From: an uncultured Spirochaetota bacterium
GTDB taxonomy: Bacteria > Spirochaetota > Spirochaetia > SZUA-6 > Fen-1364
DNA: 64,000 bases
NCBI GenBank assembly: GCA_963845535.1
Contig: CAWJSK010000013.1
Span: 247,591 to 311,590 of the forward strand
Direction: 5' to 3'
Shown here: positions 46,260 to 56,609 of the stretch, piece by piece
How the letters are laid out: each line of letters begins with the position of its first letter
How positions within the stretch are numbered: the stretch's first letter is position 1
Notes under the pieces: generated by a model
Database searches by the model: none
Told to the model about the DNA's origin: nothing
Seen by the model: the letters and a program-made list of their open reading frames with translations, nothing else
Position numbers and translations under genes: made by a program

Positions 46260-46889
46260 ATGCACTTCGTTTCCCGGCGCATAGCATGCTTCTGCGACAA
46301 GGTATTCGACGCTGATGTTCCGGATTCGGCGGACCTGGAAGTCGAGCCGGACGTGGAGCAGAAGATAGAAGACGGGGACTTCATGGTCGTGACGTGCCCC
46401 CAATGCGGCAAGCTCCTCACGCCCGAGTTCCCGTTCCGTCTCTCCCTGCGCGGCGGGCGCGGAGACCTGCTGATGGTCCCGGAAAAAGACAGGATCGGTC
46501 TTGCCCGCGGGAAGCTTGAGCACGAGACACGCAATGCGTTCCGCGTGGTGGTGGGATTCCCTGAAATGGCTGAAAAACTGCACATCTTCAGCGCCGGGCT
46601 GGACGACCGCGTCATCGAAATCATGAAGTACTACCTCCTGACGGGGGCGGCCGCGGAAGAGGATCAGGAGACCGACGTCAACCTTCGATACAAAGGGGAG
46701 GCAGACGGGAGGCATGAGTTCCTGGTTCTCGGGTTGAAAGAGGGGGAAGTGGGAGTTGCCCGTCTGGCCAGCGATTTTTACCGCAAGGTGGCGGCGGACG
46801 TGGATGCGCGGGTGAAGGAGGAGCCGTTTCGGGATTTCTGCTCGCCGCCGTGGGTCTCCGTGCGCAGGCTCTCGGGAGGGGAGGAGTGA
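46260..46889 (+). CDS. CpXC-domain protein
   Basis: 'IACFCD..F' and 'TCPQCG' motifs. Confidence 0.65.
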   Translation: MHFVSRRIACFCDKVFDADVPDSADLEVEPDVEQKIEDGDFMVVTCPQCGKLLTPEFPFRLSLRGGRGDLLMVPEKDRIGLARGKLEHETRNAFRVVVGFPEMAEKLHIFSAGLDDRVIEIMKYYLLTGAAAEEDQETDVNLRYKGEADGRHEFLVLGLKEGEVGVARLASDFYRKVAADVDARVKEEPFRDFCSPPWVSVRRLSGGEE

Positions 46890-49042
46890 GGCTTCCCACG
46901 GGGCGGGCAGCGCTGCTTCTCGCTCTGATGCTGGCCGCTGGAGCGGCCGTCGCGGCCGCCGCCCAGAGCGCCGTCTCACCCGCAGGGGCAATCGAGAATA
47001 CCCTGGCTCTGGACGTGCACAGCGTGGTCAACACCGGGCATCTCGGCAACGTGCTCGACCTGCTGTTCGATGCACGGAGGAACCTCCTCGTGAGCGCTGG
47101 GGACGACGGGACCGTCAGGGTCTGGAACGCCCCGGCGGGCGTCCTGTACCGCACGCTGAGGGTGACACGCATGGCGGCGCAGATGATTGCCGTTGATCCG
47201 GTCAACCCTCGGGTGGCCGTGGTTGTAAGCGACGGGCTTCGTTCTTTCTCTCTTGCCGTGTGGGACTGGGAGCAGGAAAAGCAGGTCCTGCGGGTTCCGC
47301 TCAAGGACGCCCCTCTTTTTCTCCGTTTTTCGGGGCAGGGCAGCTTCATCGTCTTCGGCGAATCCTCGTGGCAGAGCCTGGAGATCCTGGACGCGCGGAC
47401 CGGCACGCCTGTGCCGTTCCACCCGGAAGGCTTCGGGATCATCGGCTTTGCTGAAACGTCGAAGTCTGAAAAGACGATCATGACATACCAGGTCTCCGGC
47501 AGGATTTCCTACTGGGACATCGCTTCCGGCAGCCTCACTCTCGACGTTCCCACGCTTCCGTATCTCTCGCGCATCCGCATTTCTCAAGACCGAAGGTACA
47601 TGGTCGGTTGCACCGGCCAGGAGGTCGTCCTCATTGACGCGCTGAGCGGGTCGGTTCGCGGGAGGGCGCCTTTCACCGGCGATGCCAGTCTCGATATCTC
47701 CCCGGATGGTGACCGAGTGGCGGCCGTCCCGATTGCCGGAGGCAAACCCCGGGAATGGGTCGTCGGCGCGGAATCTCTTGTCCCGAGCCCATTGGCCGTA
47801 ACCGGTGGAGCAGGGTTGGACCCTGACGATGCTTTCCAGGCGCTGAGCTACGGGTCCGACGGCCTGTTCCTTGCGGGAAGAAGCGGCGCAATCAGTGAGA
47901 TGCCTTCATCCGGATATCTTCGTGCGGTCTCCCGTAACGTCCTTGCGGACCTTACGGGTTTCGACGCAAGGCACGGCTACCTTGCCGTTGGCTCGCGGGA
48001 CTGGATCCGGATCTTCCAGTCCGACCTTCTTCTGAACGGGGCGCAGCAGCCCGGCTTTGTGCGCTCCATTCTCGTCGACAACCCCTGGAAGAGCCCCATC
48101 AAGCTTTCCTTTCTCTCCGACACGTCTCTTCTGGCGTGGAGCGGGGATGACGGTCCCCCCCGATTCGCCGTCATCGATCTGCCAGCACAGCTCTCGCGTG
48201 ATGACGCCGTGGCTTCCCAGTCAGCGCTTCGGTTCAGACCCCTGCCGTCGGGATTCCGCGCGCCGCTTTCGGACCTGAGCGTGCTGGGGAACTCCCTCCT
48301 GGGGATCGAAACCGGGGGAATGGTCCGCATGGTGGATCTGGCCACGGGAGCTTCGCGTTTCGATGCGCGGATTTCCGCGCTCTCCGCGGTCGTGGCCGTC
48401 TCACCAACCGAGCTGATCGGCGGCCGGAGCGCGGCTCTGTCATCAGCCGGGTCGCTCGTGCGAATCAATACGCGCACTGGTGAAACCGTGGAAATCCCGG
48501 GGCGCAACGCCTTCACGTGGGACCTCCTGTATGATCCCGCGGCCGCCAATGCAGGAGGGCCCGTCCTGTACTCTCTTGGAGTGGACGCCGCTGGCTCGAC
48601 CAACCTGCTTCGCCATGACGGACCGGAGTTCGAACGGGAAACCTTGATTGCAAGCGTTCCTGAGGAGAACCTCGACGCGAGTTTGGCGCTGGATCCGCTG
48701 ACGCACGTGCTCTACGCCTCTCTAGGCAGGGCAAGCATTGTCTCCTGGGACGGCGTGAACGAATCAACGATACCGACGGAGTACGGCAGCGTGCGGGGGC
48801 TTCTTGCGGGCGCGGGGCTCATCATCTCGATGGACAGGGATTCCACTCTGGCCATCGAGGAAAAGTCCAGCGGGTCACGCCTTGCAGAGCTGAGCCTTTT
48901 CGCTGACGGCGAATGGGCGGCGACCGTGCGGGGGGGAGGCTATCTGGCTTCCCCCGGCGGGGATGCCCACGTCAGAGTGTTCGTGAACGGGACCCCGGCA
49001 AAGGCAACCGAGGACTATCGGCTCAGGATCGAAAGCTGGTAG
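46886..49042 (+). CDS. Secreted WD40/beta-propeller protein
   Basis: Signal peptide; 'GH..V..L..LVSAGDDGTVRVW'. Confidence 0.7.
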   Translation: MRLPTGRAALLLALMLAAGAAVAAAAQSAVSPAGAIENTLALDVHSVVNTGHLGNVLDLLFDARRNLLVSAGDDGTVRVWNAPAGVLYRTLRVTRMAAQMIAVDPVNPRVAVVVSDGLRSFSLAVWDWEQEKQVLRVPLKDAPLFLRFSGQGSFIVFGESSWQSLEILDARTGTPVPFHPEGFGIIGFAETSKSEKTIMTYQVSGRISYWDIASGSLTLDVPTLPYLSRIRISQDRRYMVGCTGQEVVLIDALSGSVRGRAPFTGDASLDISPDGDRVAAVPIAGGKPREWVVGAESLVPSPLAVTGGAGLDPDDAFQALSYGSDGLFLAGRSGAISEMPSSGYLRAVSRNVLADLTGFDARHGYLAVGSRDWIRIFQSDLLLNGAQQPGFVRSILVDNPWKSPIKLSFLSDTSLLAWSGDDGPPRFAVIDLPAQLSRDDAVASQSALRFRPLPSGFRAPLSDLSVLGNSLLGIETGGMVRMVDLATGASRFDARISALSAVVAVSPTELIGGRSAALSSAGSLVRINTRTGETVEIPGRNAFTWDLLYDPAAANAGGPVLYSLGVDAAGSTNLLRHDGPEFERETLIASVPEENLDASLALDPLTHVLYASLGRASIVSWDGVNESTIPTEYGSVRGLLAGAGLIISMDRDSTLAIEEKSSGSRLAELSLFADGEWAATVRGGGYLASPGGDAHVRVFVNGTPAKATEDYRLRIESW

Positions 49043-49066
49043 AAGGCTTCCCCAGGGCCGCCCGCC

Positions 49067-49357
49067 TCAGTCATGTGACGGGTTGGACTTGACCTTGTCG
49101 ATGGCCTCACGCACGGCCAGCGTGATCTCACGGAGATAGTCGGGGCGGACGGCTGCCTTGGCATACACGCTTCCCATCAGGGAGGCCCTGTAGGAAGGCT
49201 TCACCTTGTTCAGCGCATAGGCCGCCATGTCCAGAACGCAGTCCTGGCAGGTACAGAGCCCGGCGGTGCGGGCAATCTGCGCTTCCAGCTCCGCCAGGAC
49301 AAGACCCTCTGCTTCATTCACGAGCATGTCGAAATCGTACTTGTCTTTCAGAGCCAT
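49067..49357 (-). CDS. ComFB-family protein
   Basis: 'CTCQDCVLDMAAYALN..P.Y', C-terminal 'NPSHD'. Confidence 0.8.
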   Translation of the reverse strand: MALKDKYDFDMLVNEAEGLVLAELEAQIARTAGLCTCQDCVLDMAAYALNKVKPSYRASLMGSVYAKAAVRPDYLREITLAVREAIDKVKSNPSHD

Positions 49358-49375
49358 TTTTCCCGTGCCCCTCTC

Positions 49376-50692
49376 CTACACTCCGGACCCGCGCTCGAGG
49401 GCCTCGAACTTGGTGTACTTCGCGAGGAACGCCAGCGCAATGTCGCCGACAGGCCCGTTTCTCTGCTTTGCAACCACCACTTCGCGCACTTCCGCCTTCA
49501 AGTCTTCCGTATGGAGGAATATAACAACATCCGCGTCCTGTTCGATAGAGCCTGATTCCCGCAAATCCGCAAGGTTCGGTTTCTTTCCTTCCGTCTCACG
49601 GCGCACCTGGGAAAGGGCAATGACGGGGAGGTTCAGCTCCCGGGCCAGGGCCTTGAGGGAGCGCGAAACCTCCGCGATCTGCTCGTGCCGCGGCAGCTCG
49701 CGGTTCTCCGAGCTGATCAGCGTGATGTAGTCCACAAAGATGATTTTCACGTCCTGGTGGCTCTTCATCCGTCGGGCCTGGGCCCGCAGGTCGAGAAGCT
49801 TGAGGTCCGGCGAGTCGCTGATGTACAGCGGCGCCTCATACAGCCTGCCGCATGCCTCCGTGATGCGGCTGAAGTCCGCTGGGCTGAGCATGCCGGTGCG
49901 CATGCGCTGGGAATCCAGCCGCGCCTCCATGCTGAGGAGCCGCTGCATGATGGCCATGCTGGACATTTCAAGGGAAAAGAACCCGACCGGTATCTTCTGG
50001 CGGATGGACATGTTGGCGGCTATGGTCAGGGCAAAAGCGGTCTTCCCGACTGAGGGGCGGGCCCCGATGACGATGAACTCGGAGTTCTGGAACCCCATGG
50101 TGAGCTGGTCCAGCTCCTTGAATCCCGAGGGGATGCCCGTGTACTCGGTCTTGGAATGGTAGTGCTTCTCGATTGCTTCGAATGTGAGCTTGACGATCTC
50201 TTTTGCCGGGTAGTACGTGCCGGTCTGGTTGCGGTCCGAGATCTCGAAGATCTTGCGCTCCGCCTCCTCGAGGATGACGCTGATCTCCGAGGAATTGTCA
50301 TGAGCCTGGGCGATGATCTCCTGAGAGACTCGGGCGAGGGTGCGCCGGATGCTGGAGGCCTGCACGATCCGCGCGTAGTATTCGACGTTGGCGCTCGTGG
50401 GAACCGCGGAGGTGAGGCGTGAAACGTACGCCGCTCCGCCGCACTGCTCCAACGTGCCGCGCGCGCGCAACTCCTCCGCGAGCGTGATCAGGTCAATGGA
50501 TTGACCCCGGTCGAAAAGTGAAAGGATTGCCTCATAGATCCGCTGGTGCGCCCCTTTGTAAAAGTCCTCCGAGCGCACCAGGTGGACGACGGATGACAAC
50601 GCCTCAGAATCTATCAGCACGGCACCGAGGGTTGCGACCTCCGCCTCCTCATTGTGGGAGGGAACGGCGTCCCTGAGGGTGACGGGATTCAT
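49376..50692 (-). CDS. dnaB: Replicative DNA helicase
   Basis: 'GARPSVGKT', 'FSLEM', 'DLRESGSIEQDAD'. Confidence 0.97.
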   Translation of the reverse strand: MNPVTLRDAVPSHNEEAEVATLGAVLIDSEALSSVVHLVRSEDFYKGAHQRIYEAILSLFDRGQSIDLITLAEELRARGTLEQCGGAAYVSRLTSAVPTSANVEYYARIVQASSIRRTLARVSQEIIAQAHDNSSEISVILEEAERKIFEISDRNQTGTYYPAKEIVKLTFEAIEKHYHSKTEYTGIPSGFKELDQLTMGFQNSEFIVIGARPSVGKTAFALTIAANMSIRQKIPVGFFSLEMSSMAIMQRLLSMEARLDSQRMRTGMLSPADFSRITEACGRLYEAPLYISDSPDLKLLDLRAQARRMKSHQDVKIIFVDYITLISSENRELPRHEQIAEVSRSLKALARELNLPVIALSQVRRETEGKKPNLADLRESGSIEQDADVVIFLHTEDLKAEVREVVVAKQRNGPVGDIALAFLAKYTKFEALERGSGV

Positions 50693-50734
50693 TGCCCCGC
50701 TCACGGCATCCGCCTCCTGGGGCTTGCGCCCCCT

Positions 50735-51334
50735 CTACTTCGTTTCTGCCTTCTGCGCGTCCTGCTGCTGCGGAGCTTTCTGCTGGTCTGCCTGATGCTC
50801 GGCTGCCGGAGAGCCTTCCGCCGGCGCGGCGGGCCGCGGCCTTCTCTGCTTGGGCTTGGGCTGACCCGCGGAAGCTGAACCCGGCTGGGCCGTCCCTTCG
50901 ACGATCAGTTTGATGAGCGCCTCTTCCTTGTCGTACAGCTTGACCTTCACCTTGTACGTGCCCACAGACCGGATGGTGTGCTCGGGGATTTCGATGCGCT
51001 TTTTCTCGATCTGGAACCCCTTCTTTTCCAGCTCGACGGCAACGAGCGTGTTGTTGACGGAACCGAAGAGCTTTCCGTTCTCCCCAGCGGGAACGGCGAA
51101 CTTGATCTCTTCCGCTTCCAGCCGCTCGCGAAGGCTCTGGGCTTCCTTCCTCTTCTCTTCTTTACGGTTCTCGATTGCCGCACGCTTGTGCTCGAGACCG
51201 TCGAGGTTCTGCCGGGTGTTGAGGACGGCGAATTTTTTAGGGAGCAGGTAGTTACGGGCGTACCCGTTGGCCACTTCCTTGATGTCGCCCTCTTCGCCGA
51301 GCCCTATGACGTCCTGGTTGAGAATCACTTTCAT
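50735..51334 (-). CDS. rplI: 50S ribosomal protein L9
   Basis: 'MKVIL..DV..LG', 'GYARNYLLP', 'GKLFGSV'. Confidence 0.96.
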   Translation of the reverse strand: MKVILNQDVIGLGEEGDIKEVANGYARNYLLPKKFAVLNTRQNLDGLEHKRAAIENRKEEKRKEAQSLRERLEAEEIKFAVPAGENGKLFGSVNNTLVAVELEKKGFQIEKKRIEIPEHTIRSVGTYKVKVKLYDKEEALIKLIVEGTAQPGSASAGQPKPKQRRPRPAAPAEGSPAAEHQADQQKAPQQQDAQKAETK

Positions 51335-51405
51335 GCCAGCCATCTCCTTTCGGTTGGATGTTTCACGAATGCACCAGCGCGGACCGGGCCGCGACGGCGC
51401 TCTTG

Positions 51406-52440
51406 CTATGACGCATTCGGCTCCTTGTGCGCCGCAATGCGATATCGTATCCAGTTTTCCGACACTCCGAAAGCCGGAAGCAAAACCATAACGAACGCGC
51501 CGCTCCGGGGGGAGGCCGCCAGGATGGCGAGGGTGATCACGAGAATCAGCCAGAGCAGGCGCGGGAGGCCGTGCTTCTCGAAGAGGAATCGAAGGATGGC
51601 GAGCCCCTGGAGGCCGTAAAGGATCAGGAGGACGAAGCCGATGTTCCACGCCGCGTACTGCCATGTGCTCGCGGACTCCCCGCCGATCGAGCGTGAGCCG
51701 AGAACGAGGTCCGCAAGAACGAGCGCCAGAGCGCCGATCAACGGCCACAGCCAGAAGCCTTCCAGTCGAAACCCGGAGAAACGAAACCTCGGCTGGGCCG
51801 GCGACGTCGAGCGCGCCGCGGATGCCTGCCCGGCCCACCAGGAGAAGGAAAGCAGGCCGAAGTAGAGGGCAAGCAGGCTCCGTGACAGGACGATCCCCGA
51901 CATCGAGCGAAGGGCTTCGGGGGAAAGAAGCGCGGAAAGCGCGGGGTCCGGCGTTGCCTGCTTGCCGGAGAGCAGGGAAACGATCATCCGCGACGCCTCC
52001 GTGAAGAGTGTCCCCATTGTCGTCTGGAACTGGGCGCTGCGGGAGAGCCAGATTGCGCAGGGGATTGCCCCGAGGCCGGCCACGGCGGTAGCGCCAAGCA
52101 GCCTGAACAGCGCGCGCCACCCCGCAAGCGGGGGGAGGTTGACGATCAGGAGACCGAGAAGCAAGGAGAGCACGAAGATCGTTTCAACGATGGTCATGAT
52201 GTCCGGCTGCAAGGCTCCACCCAGGAACGGGAGGAGCCTCAGGGCCAGAAAGACGAGAAGGAAGAGCCCGCATGCGGCCAGCAGTGACGGCGCTCCGCGT
52301 CGGGAAGCCACGACCTGGAGCGGCACGAGGAACACCACGACGCCTATGCCTACCTGGTTTCCCACGTGATAGAGCACGAGCGAGGAGAGTGTAAAAAGGA
52401 ATATTTCGAGGAAGCGTCCCCTCGCCGATCTCTGGAGCAT
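51406..52440 (-). CDS. DUF2232/YybS-like membrane protein
   Basis: Polytopic, 'YGLQGLAIL'; conserved position between rpsR and rplI. Confidence 0.7.
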   Translation of the reverse strand: MLQRSARGRFLEIFLFTLSSLVLYHVGNQVGIGVVVFLVPLQVVASRRGAPSLLAACGLFLLVFLALRLLPFLGGALQPDIMTIVETIFVLSLLLGLLIVNLPPLAGWRALFRLLGATAVAGLGAIPCAIWLSRSAQFQTTMGTLFTEASRMIVSLLSGKQATPDPALSALLSPEALRSMSGIVLSRSLLALYFGLLSFSWWAGQASAARSTSPAQPRFRFSGFRLEGFWLWPLIGALALVLADLVLGSRSIGGESASTWQYAAWNIGFVLLILYGLQGLAILRFLFEKHGLPRLLWLILVITLAILAASPRSGAFVMVLLPAFGVSENWIRYRIAAHKEPNAS

Positions 52441-52475
52441 TCGACCCTGGGCTGGAGAAAAGCTCGCCCAGACCC

Positions 52476-52952
52476 CTATTTGGACACGTACGGAAGCAAG
52501 GCGAGGCCGCGGGCCCTCTTGATGGCGCGCGCCAGCTCCCGCTGGTGTTTGGCGCATGTTCCGGTGATCCTCCGGGGCATGATTTTTCCACGCTCCGAAG
52601 TGAAACGCCTCAGGCCGCCCGCGTCTTTCCAGTCGATGGTGGCTTTCTTGATGCAGAACTTGCACACTTTCCTCTTGAAGAAAGTCTTGTGCCGTCCACG
52701 GCCGGCGAAGCCGCCGCGGTCTCCCCTGTCTCCACCCCGACCACCGTCACGGGGACCATCACGGGACCTGTCCGAGTCCGGGCGGAAGCCGCCTTCGCGC
52801 CGCGGGGGGGGAGGCCCTTCCGGACGGTCCACTGGCTGCGGACGCTCTGCTGGGCGCTCTGCCGGCCGCTCCGCTGGCCGTTCGGCGCCGGCCGGCGTTC
52901 CTTCTGCCTGACGAGGAGCTCGATTTGTCGTGCTTTCCTGGTTATCCGACAT
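52476..52952 (-). CDS. rpsR: 30S ribosomal protein S18 with long N-terminal extension
   Basis: '[30 protein letters not shown]'. Confidence 0.95.
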   Translation of the reverse strand: MSDNQESTTNRAPRQAEGTPAGAERPAERPAERPAERPQPVDRPEGPPPPRREGGFRPDSDRSRDGPRDGGRGGDRGDRGGFAGRGRHKTFFKRKVCKFCIKKATIDWKDAGGLRRFTSERGKIMPRRITGTCAKHQRELARAIKRARGLALLPYVSK

Positions 52953-52978
52953 GTGCTTCGTTCCTCTCTCTTCCCGAC

Positions 52979-53470
52979 CTAGAATGGAATATCGTCATGG
53001 AAGCCTCCGTTGGGAGCCTCGGCTTCAGGGAAATCCCCTCCGCCTTTCGACTCAGGCGGCTGGCTTGATGGACGCGGACTTCCGCCGCTTCCTTGACCGC
53101 CGCTCGCTCCGCCCTGGCTGCCGCCCGCCTGCGCGCCGCCCCCTTGGCCGCCGCCAAGCAGCATCACGTTGGTGGCAACGATCTCCACCCTGCTGCGGGA
53201 CTGGCCTTCCTGCTCCCACCTGTCCTGGCGAAGCTGGCCTTCAATGCCGACCTGCTTGCCTTTCACAAGGTATTGGTTGACTGCCTCAGCGGCTTTTCCC
53301 CAGAAGACGATGTCGAAAAAGTGGGATTCATCCACCCACTGGTCGTCCTTTTTCCGTCTCTGGTTGATTGCGATACTGAATTTGCTGACCGCGGCGCCGC
53401 TGTTGGTGTACTTCAGCTCGGCGTTCCTGGTCAGACGGCCCACGAGAACAACATGATTGATGTCTGCCAT
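52979..53470 (-). CDS. ssb: Single-stranded DNA-binding protein
   Basis: '[10 protein letters not shown]', C-terminal 'DDIPF'. Confidence 0.97.
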   Translation of the reverse strand: MADINHVVLVGRLTRNAELKYTNSGAAVSKFSIAINQRRKKDDQWVDESHFFDIVFWGKAAEAVNQYLVKGKQVGIEGQLRQDRWEQEGQSRSRVEIVATNVMLLGGGQGGGAQAGGSQGGASGGQGSGGSPRPSSQPPESKGGGDFPEAEAPNGGFHDDIPF

Positions 53471-53488
53471 ACCGTCTCCCGGGGGAGC

Positions 53489-53770
53489 TTAGTTGTCCTG
53501 GCGGACAAACAGGTACTTCAGTATCTCCGGCCTCAGCTTCATGGCCCGGGAGAGGGTCTTGATAGGCTCCGGCGCGCTCTGGATGTGATAACAGATGTAG
53601 TGGCCACGGTCGTTCTTTCGGACGGGGTAGGCGAGCAGGCGGTCTCCCATGTCATCTTCTTTTGAAATTGTCACTCCCGAGCCTTCGAACTCCTTCTTCA
53701 GGAATTCCCGCCCCGCCTGATACTGGGCGTCATCACTCGAAAAGATCACAACAGCGTCGTAGGCTTTCAT
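53489..53770 (-). CDS. rpsF: 30S ribosomal protein S6
   Basis: 'MGDRLLAYPV.K..RGHY'; operon context. Confidence 0.92.
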   Translation of the reverse strand: MKAYDAVVIFSSDDAQYQAGREFLKKEFEGSGVTISKEDDMGDRLLAYPVRKNDRGHYICYHIQSAPEPIKTLSRAMKLRPEILKYLFVRQDN

Positions 53771-53779
53771 CCCTCAGTT

Positions 53780-53823
53780 CCTCCCTATGGACTTGCGGCT
53801 CGCCACAAAAGCGAGCAAAGAGG
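53780..53823 (-). promoter_or_regulatory. S6:S18-leader-like RNA element
   Basis: CTCTTTGCTCGC-loop-GCGAGCCG..CC..AGGGAGG directly upstream of rpsF. Confidence 0.5.
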
Positions 53824-53970
53824 ATATACTCGATAGCAGTGACCGCGGGTGAACCGCGTCAATGCAGGGGGCAACATATCCGGGGGGCGGGAGTGTGTCA
53901 AGTGGCCGCACGGTCGAGCCGATCATCAAAGTGGCGGTCCGCAAAGGCCCGGCCCGGACGCCGGTAAACA

Positions 53971-54429
53971 ATGACGCGAAAGATCAACTACGAAGACGAC
54001 ATCTTCAGCCTGGCGCTCCAGGTCCGCTGCCTGCAGGACATCCTGAAGCTGGAAATCGACCCGGAGTTCTTTCGGGAGCGGGTTCTGGGCGATATTTCGT
54101 GGGCGGACGCAATGATCGCCAAGGTGTACCAGAGTCTCGTGGCGAGCTCCCTCTTCGTCAAGCGTCAGGAGCACCTGCGGGAAATCCAGAAACTGAAGCG
54201 CGCCTTTGTCGAGACAATCGACAGTCTCCTGTCCAGACGCGTCCCCTTTGCTCAGCACGTCGTTGACTCAACCGAAAGTCTTCAGGCAATCAGGGACGCC
54301 CATGAGAAGGACATCGGAGACATCCGTGAGCTGCTGACCGGCCGGGGCCAGGGTGCCATGGAGGAAGAGCAGGTGGTCTCCGCGGAAGAGCTCAAGTTTC
54401 TCATGACCGCCTCGGATGAGGAAAACTGA
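53971..54429 (+). CDS. Hypothetical helical protein
   Basis: 152-aa ORF filling the intergenic space, typical codon usage. Confidence 0.65.
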   Translation: MTRKINYEDDIFSLALQVRCLQDILKLEIDPEFFRERVLGDISWADAMIAKVYQSLVASSLFVKRQEHLREIQKLKRAFVETIDSLLSRRVPFAQHVVDSTESLQAIRDAHEKDIGDIRELLTGRGQGAMEEEQVVSAEELKFLMTASDEEN

Positions 54430-54653
54430 GCGCCGGGTCATATCATCCCCCTTGACCTCAACCCCAGGAAAAAGGTACTGTGGCGCTGAATCTCACGGCT
54501 ATCCGTTGCGCCGTGGCGTCACGCGGTGTTTTCCGCGGGGTTGCCTCGGCAATCGTGTGATGCTCGTGATGTAATGTTGCGCGGCAAGCATGAGGCAGGC
54601 ACGCGGAATACCGCGTGTGCCGTGCGGGCGCGCGTTGCCAGAGGTTGGTGAAT

Positions 54654-54968
54654 ATGTATGCTCTCGTAGACATTCTTGGAAAACAGTACAAGGTCGAGCC
54701 GGGCAGCGTCATCAAGGTGGACCACGTCGTCCAGGAGAAGGGAAGCCAGATCGATTTCCCCTCCGTGATGATGATCTCGGACGGAGACACAGCGCGGGTC
54801 GGCAGCCCGTACCTCGCGGGGGCCAGCGTGCACGCCGTTGTGGAGGACCACGGGCGTGACCGCAAGCTGGTGTTCGGCAAGTACAAGAAGAAGAAGAACT
54901 ATCGCAGGCGCTACGGCCACCGGCGCCAGTTCTCCCTCATCAAGGTAGAAGCCATCAACGGTCTGTAA
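54654..54968 (+). CDS. rplU: 50S ribosomal protein L21
   Basis: 'MYALV..GKQYKV', 'GHRR'. Confidence 0.95.
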   Translation: MYALVDILGKQYKVEPGSVIKVDHVVQEKGSQIDFPSVMMISDGDTARVGSPYLAGASVHAVVEDHGRDRKLVFGKYKKKKNYRRRYGHRRQFSLIKVEAINGL

Positions 54969-54973
54969 CGTCG

Positions 54974-55306
54974 GTGCTGCAGGTCCGGCTTTTCTTGTCG
55001 AAGGACGGGCTCCTGAAGCGTTTCGACGCGCAGGGGCATGCCGGGGCAGACCTGGGGAAGAACGTCGCGTGCGCGGCTGCCACCGTGCTTCTGCGGACGG
55101 CGGGCCGTGAGTGCGCGGCGCGAGGAATCGTGGCGGGGGCAAATGCGGCGCAGCCGGGAGAGATGGCCATGGTCCTGACGGACCGCGGGGAAGACCGCGG
55201 CGACTGGCTGCGGGGCGTGACGGATTTTCTGGTGCGTGGAATGAGCGACCTGGAACGGGAGTTCCCGGACAAGGTCGTTCTTCATGTGGAAACGACGGAG
55301 GATTGA
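54974..55306 (+). CDS. prp: Prp/YsxB-like cysteine protease
   Basis: 'GHA..VACAA' His/Cys dyad; lies between rplU and rpmA. Confidence 0.8.
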   Translation: MLQVRLFLSKDGLLKRFDAQGHAGADLGKNVACAAATVLLRTAGRECAARGIVAGANAAQPGEMAMVLTDRGEDRGDWLRGVTDFLVRGMSDLEREFPDKVVLHVETTED

Positions 55307-55307
55307 C

Positions 55308-55562
55308 ATGGGGCGCAAGAAGGGCGGAGCAGCGAAGAATGGCCGCGACTCTCAGGCCAAAAGACTCGGGATCAAGCGGTATGCCGGTGAGCTCGTGACG
55401 GCGGGGACCATCATCGTCCGCCAGAGAGGCACGAAGTTCCACCCGGGTGACCTGGTCGGAATAGGGAGGGATGACACGCTTTTCGCCCTCTCGGACGGCC
55501 ACGTCGTGTTCCAGAACAGAAAAGGAAGGAGCTTTGTCGCCATCCAACCCGCACAGAGCTGA
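55308..55562 (+). CDS. rpmA: 50S ribosomal protein L27
   Basis: 'KNGRDS..KRLG.K', '[13 protein letters not shown]'. Confidence 0.96.
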   Translation: MGRKKGGAAKNGRDSQAKRLGIKRYAGELVTAGTIIVRQRGTKFHPGDLVGIGRDDTLFALSDGHVVFQNRKGRSFVAIQPAQS

Positions 55563-55568
55563 GCCCTT

Positions 55569-56609
55569 GTGAATGGCTTCGTGGATGAGACAACGATCGT
55601 CGTCTCGTCCGGCAGCGGCGGAGATGGTGCTGTTTCCTTTCGCCGTGAAAAATACGTTCCTCGGGGCGGGCCGGACGGCGGAGACGGAGGAAGGGGAGGG
55701 AACGTCGTCTTTACCGTCAGGTCCAACCTCAAGACCCTCTCGCATCTCAAACTGAAGAGAGTGTTCAAGGCGGAGAACGGCAAGCGCGGTTCCGGCCAGC
55801 GCATGTACGGCAAAGACGGCCGTGATGCCGAGATACCGGTCCCTCCCGGGACCGTGGTGCGGGACGCCGAATCCAGTGAGGTTCTTGTGGACCTCACCGA
55901 AGCGGACCTCCGCTTCGTTCTCCTGCGCGGAGGGCGGGGCGGCAAGGGCAACTCGCACTACGCAACCTCCACCAACCAGGCTCCCCGGTATGCCCAGAAA
56001 GGCGTGGAAGGCGAAAGCAGGGAGGTGAAGGTCGAGCTTCACCTGATAGCCGACGTTGGTCTTGTGGGCCTTCCGAACGCGGGAAAGTCGACGCTCCTCT
56101 CACTCTTGACGAACGCCCGCCCGCTGATTGCTGATTACCCGTTCACGACGAAGATCCCAAGCCTCGGCCTGCTTCGGCTTCCCGAGCGTGACCTCATCCT
56201 GGCTGATATCCCCGGGATCATAGACGGAGCGTCGCAGGGCCGCGGATTGGGCCTCCGTTTCCTGAGGCATATCGAGAGGTGCTCAGCGCTCCTTTTCCTC
56301 GTCGACCTGGGGAGCGATGACTGTCCGAAAGCCGTGACGACGCTGGAAAAGGAATTGTCCCTTTACTCCGCCCCGCTTGCCTCCCGGCCGCGTATTATTG
56401 TAGGTACGAAGGAAGATCTTGATCCGGCTCCGCAGGGGCTTGCCAGCCTTCGAGAGGCATTTCCCGCTGACCGGGTGCTTTCCGTGTCTGCTTTCACGCG
56501 CTCGGGGATCGCGGAATTGAAGAAGGCCATCCTGAGCCTCGTTGCGGCGGCGGGAAAAAAGGACGGCAGTGCAACCGCGCTGACGGAATCCACGGGAGAT
56601 CTTTCGTGA
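55569..56609 (+). CDS. obgE: GTPase Obg
   Basis: 'FRREKYVPRGGPDGGDGGRGG', 'GLPNAGKS', 'DYPFTT'. Confidence 0.97.
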   Translation: MNGFVDETTIVVSSGSGGDGAVSFRREKYVPRGGPDGGDGGRGGNVVFTVRSNLKTLSHLKLKRVFKAENGKRGSGQRMYGKDGRDAEIPVPPGTVVRDAESSEVLVDLTEADLRFVLLRGGRGGKGNSHYATSTNQAPRYAQKGVEGESREVKVELHLIADVGLVGLPNAGKSTLLSLLTNARPLIADYPFTTKIPSLGLLRLPERDLILADIPGIIDGASQGRGLGLRFLRHIERCSALLFLVDLGSDDCPKAVTTLEKELSLYSAPLASRPRIIVGTKEDLDPAPQGLASLREAFPADRVLSVSAFTRSGIAELKKAILSLVAAAGKKDGSATALTESTGDLS

